From assembly GCA_903835075.1 (NCBI GenBank), contig CAILLM010000005.1:1-54449 (forward strand): a stretch of 54,449 nt of DNA. Direction: 5' to 3'. The notes under the pieces were generated by a model. The model had not been told where the DNA came from. It made no database searches and saw only the letters and a list, made by a program, of their open reading frames with translations. Shown in pieces: positions 48,001-54,449 of this stretch. The DNA comes from Candidatus Staskawiczbacteria bacterium (lineage in GTDB: Bacteria > Patescibacteriota > Minisyncoccia > Minisyncoccales > Staskawiczbacteraceae). Made by a program: the position numbers and the translations under genes. Position 1 is the first letter of the stretch; each line of letters begins with the position of its first letter.

Positions 48001-48626
48001 AATATCATCAACAACAAGTGATGGTAGATGTAAATACAGCTGATGCCAACGGTAACCCAATAACTATTCAACAATTACAATGGCAATGCAGTTGCGACCT
48101 TGACCCATGCAAGGGTAGTCCATGCCAACAAATGGTAGATTACCATTCACAGCTTTGGAATGCTTACATAAAATTTATGAATGATGCCGATAGCCCAGAC
48201 CATCCAACAGATAACACCTGCAACAAAAAACCTAGCTCAGGGACTACAAAATTTGGATATACTGTTAAGCCAGACTATATAAGTACTTATACCTGGTTTA
48301 TTGAAGAACCTAGAAGTGATATTTTAAAACAATTAACTTATTCTAGGCAACAAACAGATTATTGCAGTACAAACAGCACAGCCTACGGCCAAAGCCAAGT
48401 TAGGTTACTAAACTGTTCTAGGGCTGAAAATGAACTTTTGCCGCCAATTAACCAAGATAAAATACAGCTAAATGGCAAGGCCTACCCAGGAAAATGTTAT
48501 GGTGAAAAATTAGGTAAAGCAGCAGGGGCAGATTTAACCGATGACTGGATGTGCTGCACACAATGGAGCGACACGCAATCAAAAAATAAAGATCCGTTAT
48601 ATGAATTAAAAAATAATAATCTTTAA
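45003..48626 (+). CDS. giant Cys-rich protein with N-terminal VirB2-like pilin domain
   Basis: Signal peptide, two TMs ending ILYTINP, then about 1000 aa Cys-rich extracellular region. Confidence 0.75.
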   Translation: MANFLKNFFSFCCLCSVFLLKAELVFALEVKYPDILGKSLDDSSTLGNFVCYLFNAGVSLAITIAVCTIVYGAIYYIISYGRGSFTSEAKDWIKSGILGMLIIVCASLILYTINPDVKTCKISLLANATLPNIFGTIPASSTPVSAATYNEIPVGTLVENLLTRTSIFASYDKYGDIVMPDPSQSTGGNSQPSNPYVNEDRVTGLRQMIEGAQRKARVAAELSDEITKLMNTCSCRIKDANGKDTGKSKCDPTCDPANGGCPVKGSCPGGSCDAKGACFGGSCKPSYSSPDCCPTGVKEKIEHGPIYVHIDVNKDPDNNTQVTCDVPCTEDSDCQSAGSKELNRTNTKETMGPSCDPDTHTCGVKYKGLDEFRCPLSSQDKKMQKCEDIMPIISTAATSAGNIGVVQIYPDKWYKLTLWQQLKWFQEYILAWSDTFGLHADIQNLQSARQKISQCHRLVAATDMLKSNEVLSLQKQVIIKSPTQLVDFSSGKTINSSQYCTGFNYDKSDCLGNCNKQCPDSGATSAYAECKDASCLTNAFKTKKCNDGTDFNSCLKTCQDDCAKDCVSHYPGCSPERSACEQQCESSGQCAIDNADKCLFASVGGVTACAKNNADDSSAFNACIYKSNTCINGSKQHSGYPDCISNFNDLDKKCSTLKDLTSCIAEKQNGVCMWLGDSCGGFSKSVKTTDPLYCSNLTGKNTCEGAGCIWSPAHCLVGNLFPDSQVYSATYLYENPNNQKCPIGQTKNPQTNVNGLVSSLCVNIYPETAKCPASASSGCPTCPCGKIDEPFGFLVPNRSTAVAYKKCTNSGQCAKDQICIQKVCMSNGKENIPCKTDAQCCKTGETCSTTKHVCVTNAGDEGYVVKTPNITVYQMVSPQCNGYAYNDDPLTYYCEDNWWNDFYKEKSDPSTPIGKEKNCSKKEVIPIGQTIDNSLAWTKTILKVPETTSKLIQPLLDQMKKMGNAIETDESKNPYPQVANYCKCGAQFEDNTPMCTSGCQYHQQQVMVDVNTADANGNPITIQQLQWQCSCDLDPCKGSPCQQMVDYHSQLWNAYIKFMNDADSPDHPTDNTCNKKPSSGTTKFGYTVKPDYISTYTWFIEEPRSDILKQLTYSRQQTDYCSTNSTAYGQSQVRLLNCSRAENELLPPINQDKIQLNGKAYPGKCYGEKLGKAAGADLTDDWMCCTQWSDTQSKNKDPLYELKNNNL

Positions 48627-48637
48627 TATACTTTTGT

Positions 48638-49702
48638 ATGACAAAAAAAATATTGTTTTTTCTATTTTTAACTTTAATTTTTTTAGGAACCGCAAATTTG
48701 GTTTTTGCAGTAGAGGTAACAGATGGACCTTGTGCAAACTCAGCTAATTTGGGCGCATGCACAGTAAGCCTTTTTAAGTGGGGGATAGGCATTGCCGCTG
48801 TTTTGGCTGCCTTATCTTTTGCCGTAGGAGCAATTACGCTTACAATTTCTGGTGATAATAGTGGATTAGCGGGTAGTGGAAAAGATCGCATGAAGGGTTC
48901 TGTTTATGGCTTAGTTTTAGTGGGGGCTTCTTATTTAATTATGAATACTATTAACTTCGCATTAGTAACTCCTGGCTCTAAACCTTTAACTGAAACAGCT
49001 TTGCCAACTGTCCCTGTTGCACCTGGCGTATATTTTTATGCAGATGCTGGTTGTGGCAAAGACGCTAGTTATAGTACCGTTGTTAGCGAAGAAAGTATTG
49101 GAGCAAACATTAATGGCATTAAGGTTGTTAATGACACAGCCAATGGCGCTAATACTAAATATGGTTATGTTTTACATAAAATAGATGGCCTTGCAAATGG
49201 TGGCCCCTGTGGCAAACCAGTGACCAGCTCATCTGGGTGCCAAGGGGTTAATGGCATGCATGGAGCAATAGATGTCTTCCAAATAAACAGTCAAGATTCT
49301 TCTACTTCTGGAGATGGCGTAACTTTTTATAGTAGACCCTATGGTTTAGACAGGGGCTCACGAGCTGGATATTATGCTGTGGAATCTGGTTCTATAAATG
49401 ATCACACCTCTCCGACTGCCGATAGTATGACTTTTAAATGGGATGGGGTAGATGCTTCACAACAAGAACAAAATGACTGCTCAACATTTAAAAAGTGTCC
49501 TGGTTCAATAGACTTAAAGGGTGATTATTTGGTGGCTGTTTATTCTAACAAATCAACATCTGGAGGCTCTGGGGGTTCTGGAGATTATTGCCAAACATTC
49601 ACAGATAATGTTAACGACTTAGATGCAGAACCAGTAGTGGGCTCAGGAAGTAGAGACATACAAAATATTTATATAATACCAACTGGCGGTGCTGCAAGAT
49701 AA
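48638..49702 (+). CDS. pilin-domain protein with beta-rich C-terminal domain
   Basis: Signal peptide, pilin TMs ending IMNTINF, PGVYFY motif shared with the next gene. Confidence 0.75.
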   Translation: MTKKILFFLFLTLIFLGTANLVFAVEVTDGPCANSANLGACTVSLFKWGIGIAAVLAALSFAVGAITLTISGDNSGLAGSGKDRMKGSVYGLVLVGASYLIMNTINFALVTPGSKPLTETALPTVPVAPGVYFYADAGCGKDASYSTVVSEESIGANINGIKVVNDTANGANTKYGYVLHKIDGLANGGPCGKPVTSSSGCQGVNGMHGAIDVFQINSQDSSTSGDGVTFYSRPYGLDRGSRAGYYAVESGSINDHTSPTADSMTFKWDGVDASQQEQNDCSTFKKCPGSIDLKGDYLVAVYSNKSTSGGSGGSGDYCQTFTDNVNDLDAEPVVGSGSRDIQNIYIIPTGGAAR

Positions 49703-49705
49703 TAC

Positions 49706-50923
49706 ATGGATAAAAAATTAACAAATTTAATTAAAACATTCTTCGGTTTTTTAATTGTTAATTTTTTTTATTTGCCAATAAGCAAGGCTTTTGCAGACAC
49801 TCCTCTAGAAATACAATATCCTACTGATTTTAAAACAATAACTGGACAAACAGTCTCAGCTGTTACAGACCTGCCCAGTTATATGAAGTATATGTTTAGC
49901 GCAGGAATGACAATTGGATTTTCTATTGTTATAATTTCTCTAACTATTGGAGGCATATTATATTTTTTAGCACCCATAAGCGCTGATGCAAAAAAAGAGG
50001 CAAAAGACAGGATAGCAGGGGCAATTTCGGGATTACTTATTTTGGTTTTAACATATTTGATTATAACAACCATAAATCCTCAGTTAAACATATTTAGTAG
50101 CACCAAACTTCAAGAAACGCCCCTGCCTACCGTGCAAGTCCAAAAAGACCCCGGGGTTTATTTCTATAAAGAATCGGGTTGCCCTGAAAATGGAGAAACT
50201 GCACGCAAGTCCAATATTGTAGACCTAGCAGACCTCAAAAAAAAGTTAAAATCTATTAATATTGTTCAAGACACTACTGGCAATCATTCTTATATATCAA
50301 TTTTATATGAAAATCCAAATCTATGGGGATCATGCCAATATGTTGACCCCAACAAAGGATGCCAAACCGTAGACCCATTTGCGTCATCAGCCTCTATCCA
50401 CGAATATGATTCTAGCTCTAGCGCAAACGGAGGAGTATATTTTTTCCATAAATCTTGTGTTAGCACTGACATAAGCAATTCCAATGATATAGATAAACTA
50501 ATAGAACAATGTAAAAAAGATGGATATTATATGGCATCCAAGGGTGTTTACCAATTAAAAGATTTGAAATTTCAGCAAGTCCCAGATGAGGAAAAGGAGT
50601 GCGAAAAATATGATAAAAACTCTACTTGCACCAGCAAAAAGGATCCAACATTGGCTGGAGATAATATTTCTTCCGTAATAATAAAGGGTAATTATATGGT
50701 TTTGTTTTTTTATTTTGGGCCAAACAATGAATCACAAGGTAAGTGGGCTTCTTGCCAAGAGTTTCCTAATATATATGACGTGAATAACGCGGGCCCCAGA
50801 CAAATGAAATGGGAAATTGTTAGAAATACCAAGGGATTATTTCCCAATTATATTTCAATTATTCCCATAAAGGGTCCTACACCAACAGCACCTGCTTCGA
50901 GCTTAATACCAATAATACCATAA
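49706..50923 (+). CDS. pilin-domain protein with possible beta/gamma-crystallin-like domain
   Basis: Pilin TMs ending ITTINP; ILYENPNLWGSC and GDNISSVIIKG motifs. Confidence 0.7.
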   Translation: MDKKLTNLIKTFFGFLIVNFFYLPISKAFADTPLEIQYPTDFKTITGQTVSAVTDLPSYMKYMFSAGMTIGFSIVIISLTIGGILYFLAPISADAKKEAKDRIAGAISGLLILVLTYLIITTINPQLNIFSSTKLQETPLPTVQVQKDPGVYFYKESGCPENGETARKSNIVDLADLKKKLKSINIVQDTTGNHSYISILYENPNLWGSCQYVDPNKGCQTVDPFASSASIHEYDSSSSANGGVYFFHKSCVSTDISNSNDIDKLIEQCKKDGYYMASKGVYQLKDLKFQQVPDEEKECEKYDKNSTCTSKKDPTLAGDNISSVIIKGNYMVLFFYFGPNNESQGKWASCQEFPNIYDVNNAGPRQMKWEIVRNTKGLFPNYISIIPIKGPTPTAPASSLIPIIP

Positions 50924-50924
50924 T

Positions 50925-50959
50925 AAAAAAACCGTCCTTTTATTGAGGGGCGGTTTTTT
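50925..50959. terminator. bidirectional terminator
   Basis: AAAAAAACCGTCCTT...GAGGGGCGGTTTTTT between convergent genes. Confidence 0.8.
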
Positions 50960-50971
50960 AATGTTTATTAT

Positions 50972-51469
50972 TTATTTTGGTTTTATAACAATATGTCTTT
51001 CTACATTATCTCCACTGCTTTCCGTTACAACATCTGTCCTCTGAGATAATTCTGCATGAATGATTCTTCTCTCATAAGAAGACATCGGCAAAAGAGATTT
51101 TTCTTGCCCTGTAGATGATACATAATCAGCGGAATCTTTAGCTAAATATTTTAAATATTCTATTTTATTTTTTTTATAATCATTAATATCTAGATTAACA
51201 TATAAATTATTTTTTAACTTTTTGGTTAAAACAGCCCTTAAAATACGTTGAATTTCAAAAAGTGTCTGACCTTGTTGCCCAATAATAATTTGCGGTTCCT
51301 CTATTTTAACATCCAAATCAACAACATCTAAGCTTTCATTTATCCCTTCTTTTGAATTTCTTTCCATCAACGATATGCTCGCTTGAACATCCAAAACAAC
51401 TATGGTCATTTTTTTAAAGAATTCCCGTGTCCATTCCTTGATTTGATTTATTTGATCTTGATCTATCAT
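50972..51469 (-). CDS. jag: Jag/KhpB RNA-binding protein (KH + R3H)
   Basis: IIGQQGQTL, PMSSYERRIIH; follows yidC. Confidence 0.9.
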   Translation of the reverse strand: MIDQDQINQIKEWTREFFKKMTIVVLDVQASISLMERNSKEGINESLDVVDLDVKIEEPQIIIGQQGQTLFEIQRILRAVLTKKLKNNLYVNLDINDYKKNKIEYLKYLAKDSADYVSSTGQEKSLLPMSSYERRIIHAELSQRTDVVTESSGDNVERHIVIKPK

Positions 51470-52203
51470 ATTTTTGGTGTTTCCAATTTTTTCTGTTTAA
51501 AAATATAATATTGTTGAATTATAGAAAATAGCCCACTAGCCACCCAATACAATCCTAAGGCAGATGGTAAATTTATAAGAATTATCACCGTGAATATTGG
51601 AAAAAAATAGACCATTTGCTTTTGCATCATTTGAGAAATGTCCGGAGTCTTATCTTTTATATTGGCGCTATCAACTGGAGGCAATAACATTTTTGTCTGG
51701 AAATATTGGGTTAACCCAGCTAAAATAGCAAATATTATATTTGGTTTTGATAAATTTATTATGTGCAAAAATAATGGATTTATTTGCCCTGGATTGGTTA
51801 TAAAACTATATAGAACAGATAATTTAGACTGATTAAGTCCGTCCCAAAAAACTCTATAAAGCGCTATTAATATTGGCACCTGAATTAGCGCCAGAAATAA
51901 TCCCGAGAAAGGATTTATTTTTTCTATTTTATATAGAGCAAAAATTTCTTTAGCTTGTTTTTCTTTGTCGTCTTTATATTTTTTCTGTAATTCTAATATT
52001 TTTGGTTGTAATTTTTGAAGACTTCTTTGCGATTTAACAGCTTTCACAGAAGTGGGGAAGAGGATAACTCTAATAATTATTGTTAAAATTATTATAGCTA
52101 TTCCAAAATCATGTCCTGGCACAGAATTATACAACCACACAAGAGAATTGAATAGTGGCTGATATAATATTACATAAAAAAAATTTGCTATAGATTGAAA
52201 CAT
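51466..52203 (-). CDS. yidC: membrane protein insertase YidC
   Basis: FGIAIIILTIIIR, LQPKI, QVPILIALY, LYW; rnpA-yidC-jag synteny. Confidence 0.94.
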   Translation of the reverse strand: MFQSIANFFYVILYQPLFNSLVWLYNSVPGHDFGIAIIILTIIIRVILFPTSVKAVKSQRSLQKLQPKILELQKKYKDDKEKQAKEIFALYKIEKINPFSGLFLALIQVPILIALYRVFWDGLNQSKLSVLYSFITNPGQINPLFLHIINLSKPNIIFAILAGLTQYFQTKMLLPPVDSANIKDKTPDISQMMQKQMVYFFPIFTVIILINLPSALGLYWVASGLFSIIQQYYIFKQKKLETPKI

Positions 52204-52204
52204 T

Positions 52205-52558
52205 TTATGTTTTGTTTTTTAAAATTAATCCCGATCTTTCTATGGCACCACCTACTAAATCTTTTATTTCAGAAAATTCCTTTTTCTCTATGCCAGGTAG
52301 AGCGATTACAATTAAGTCTATTCCTGTTTTCATTTTTTCTGATTCAACTTTCATTAACTCAGCTAACCTTCTCCTAACCTTATTACGCACAACCGCTCTT
52401 TTGGAAACCTTTTGGCTAACAACGAATCCAAACCTGTTAATATCTAGTTTATTTTTTGATATTTTAAAAATAAAAAAATTAGTTCTTGTGGTTTTAGAAT
52501 TTTTAAAAATTGCCTCAAAGTCCTTTTTTTTCTTGATTCTATTTATTTTGGGCAACAT
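52205..52558 (-). CDS. rnpA: ribonuclease P protein component
   Basis: RFGFVVSQKV, AVVRNKVRRRL. Confidence 0.95.
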   Translation of the reverse strand: MLPKINRIKKKKDFEAIFKNSKTTRTNFFIFKISKNKLDINRFGFVVSQKVSKRAVVRNKVRRRLAELMKVESEKMKTGIDLIVIALPGIEKKEFSEIKDLVGGAIERSGLILKNKT

Positions 52559-52565
52559 TATAAGC

Positions 52566-52700
52566 CTAGACAGTTATTTTTGCTCTGCCCTTTCTCCTCC
52601 TCCTTTGCATCACTTGTTTGCCGGTTTTTGTTTTTTGCCTTCTCAAAAAGCCGTGAGTGTTTGCCCTTTTTTTCTTTTTTGGTTGATATGTCTTACTCAT
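52566..52700 (-). CDS. rpmH: 50S ribosomal protein L34 (missing from ORF track)
   Basis: Manual translation MSKTYQPKKKKRANTHGFLRRQKTKTGKQVMQRRRRKGRAKITV. Confidence 0.96.
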   Translation of the reverse strand: MSKTYQPKKKKRANTHGFLRRQKTKTGKQVMQRRRRKGRAKITV

Positions 52701-52811
52701 TGTATCTTTTTTTAGTTAATATATAATATAGCCAGTATATCTTAAAAAGCTAATTTTTACAAGATTATAAAATATCTATTGTGCGTCTGTATAAGAAAGC
52801 CCCAGCACAAG

Positions 52812-52820
52812 TTATCCACA
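52812..52820 (+). promoter_or_regulatory. DnaA box upstream of dnaA
   Basis: Perfect TTATCCACA in the rpmH-dnaA intergenic region. Confidence 0.8.
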
Positions 52821-52923
52821 GCTTAATAACACCTCCTTTTATTTTCCCTATGGTTGACAAAGCCTCAATAAAAAGGAAAAATATAAAATACATAATAATA
52901 ATATTTTCTATAAGTCGTATAAT

Positions 52924-54279
52924 ATGAACAATATAGAACTCTGGCAATCAGTCCTATCACAAATGCAGTTCCACATCTCTAGAGCGAATTTTGCTACTTG
53001 GTTTCAAAACACAGAAATTATTTCTAAAGACAATGAAAAAATAATAATTTCTGTCCCAAATGCTTTTTCTAAAGAGTGGTTAAGCAATAAATATAATAAG
53101 TTAATTTTAAAGACTCTTCACGATATAGACGACTCTATAAGAGAGTTGGAATTTGTAATAAAACCACAGCCAATCAAAAATACACCAATAAAGAATACAT
53201 CTGGAATAGAGGAGCAGGAAGAAATCCAATTAAAATTTGAAGAATTTAAAATAAATAAGGAAACCAACCTTAATCCACGATATACATTTAATAGTTTTGT
53301 AGTTGGCTCATTTAATGAATTGGCGCATGCAGCGGCACTAGCAGTAGCAGACAACCCTGGTTTTACTTATAACCCTTTATTTATTTATGGTGGTACGGGC
53401 TTAGGAAAAACACACTTAATACAAGCTATTGGAAATAAAATAAATGACGAACTAAAAAAGAAAAAAATAAAGTATATTTCTTCTGAAAAATTTGTTTCTA
53501 GCATTGTTTCTGCTATTAGAACAAACACAATGGAAACATTTAAGGCTAGTTTGGCGCCTATTGATGTTTTGATTTTAGATGACATACAATTTATTGCTGG
53601 AAAAAATAAAAGCCAAGAAGAGTTTTTTCATATTTTTAATTCTTTATATGAAAAAAATAAACAAATAATTCTTTCCTCAGATAGACCGCCTAATGCTATC
53701 GCCGAACTTGAAGACAGATTAAGGTCTAGGTTTGAAGGGGGGATGATAGCTGACGTCAGCTTACCAGACTATGAAACAAGATTAGTTATTTTAAAAACAA
53801 AATTGCAAGAAAAAAATGCCGACTTGCCAGAAGATGTTTTAGACTATATTGCTGCTAATGTTAAAAAAAATATTCGGGAGCTAGAGGGCGCTTTAAATAA
53901 AATTTTAATTCATAATAAAATAAACCCTGGATTAAATCTAGAAATGGTTAAAAAACTACTTAGAGGTTTTGTTTTTTCTCCATTCGATGTAGCAAATTAC
54001 AAAAAAATAATTGAAACAGTGGCCAAATTTTACAACTTAGAAGAAAAAAATTTATTTGATCCAACAAGAAGAAAGGAAATTGTAAAACCAAGACAAGTTG
54101 CTATGTTCTTATTAAGGAAAGAATTAAAATATTCTTTTCCAGCTATTGCTAGAAAGTTTGGCGGGAAAGACCACACAACAGCAATTTACGCTTTTAAAAA
54201 GATTGAAGCGGAAAATGAAGAAAACAACAAATTAACAGAAGAATTAAACCTAATAAAACAGAGAATATACAGTGGATAA
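52924..54279 (+). CDS. dnaA: chromosomal replication initiator DnaA
   Basis: YNPLFIYGGTGLGKTHL, DDIQF, RSRF.GG, NIRELEGAL, DHTT. Confidence 0.98.
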   Translation: MNNIELWQSVLSQMQFHISRANFATWFQNTEIISKDNEKIIISVPNAFSKEWLSNKYNKLILKTLHDIDDSIRELEFVIKPQPIKNTPIKNTSGIEEQEEIQLKFEEFKINKETNLNPRYTFNSFVVGSFNELAHAAALAVADNPGFTYNPLFIYGGTGLGKTHLIQAIGNKINDELKKKKIKYISSEKFVSSIVSAIRTNTMETFKASLAPIDVLILDDIQFIAGKNKSQEEFFHIFNSLYEKNKQIILSSDRPPNAIAELEDRLRSRFEGGMIADVSLPDYETRLVILKTKLQEKNADLPEDVLDYIAANVKKNIRELEGALNKILIHNKINPGLNLEMVKKLLRGFVFSPFDVANYKKIIETVAKFYNLEEKNLFDPTRRKEIVKPRQVAMFLLRKELKYSFPAIARKFGGKDHTTAIYAFKKIEAENEENNKLTEELNLIKQRIYSG

Positions 54280-54449
54280 GTGGTGTTATAAAATAGAACA
54301 AAAATTAAACACTAAAAACTTCTTCATATTTTACACATTTCTTTTATTAATTTATCCACACTCTTTTCACAAAAAAATTTAAGACTAAACAAGAAAAATT
54401 TAAGACTAAATATTATTTTAAAAAAGCAAAATATTGAATCACTAATAAT
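54271..54449. other. probable oriC segment (runs off the window)
   Basis: DnaA boxes at 54271 (near-consensus) and 54352 (perfect), AT-rich, tandem AAAAATTTAAGACTAAA repeats directly after dnaA. Confidence 0.65.

Noticed and set aside
37137-50923. Integrative conjugative element
   Set aside because: No integrase, relaxase or VirD4 seen; lies beside core oriC genes
52918-52926. TATAAT directly before the dnaA ATG as a -10 box
   Set aside because: Zero spacing to the start codon would put the TSS inside the ORF

Overview
AT-rich bacterial chromosomal window ending at the dnaA/oriC region (jag-yidC-rnpA-rpmH <> dnaA). Gene content suggests Patescibacteria/CPR, probably Parcubacteria (inference): a T4SS-like PrgI/VirB4/VirB6/pilin cluster without a relaxase, multicopy Cys-rich proteins, a stand-alone PaaX/Cas2-like gene, DUF5671 and DUF2207. 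Housekeeping genes include rny, clpP, tig, hppA, nusA, cca, rpsO, pnp, rsmA and four tRNAs without encoded CCA. The most unusual structure is inside the dprA-comM-yraN natural-transformation cluster. About 14 copies of a 14-bp palindrome (ACCGCTTAAGCGGT) lie upstream of and inside a gene for an HTH + coiled-coil protein and also bracket comM, a candidate centromere-like or DNA-looping system about 40 kb from oriC. Two other DNA-binding-protein genes are each bracketed by a pair of their own palindromes: a small HTH gene, and a PaaX/Cas2-like gene with a perfect 32-bp direct repeat. REP-like palindromic elements occur between genes and as in-frame inserts in pnp, rsmA and yraN. Two GC-rich solo genes share flanking motifs. 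All calls come from motif recognition by eye; no database searches were run.
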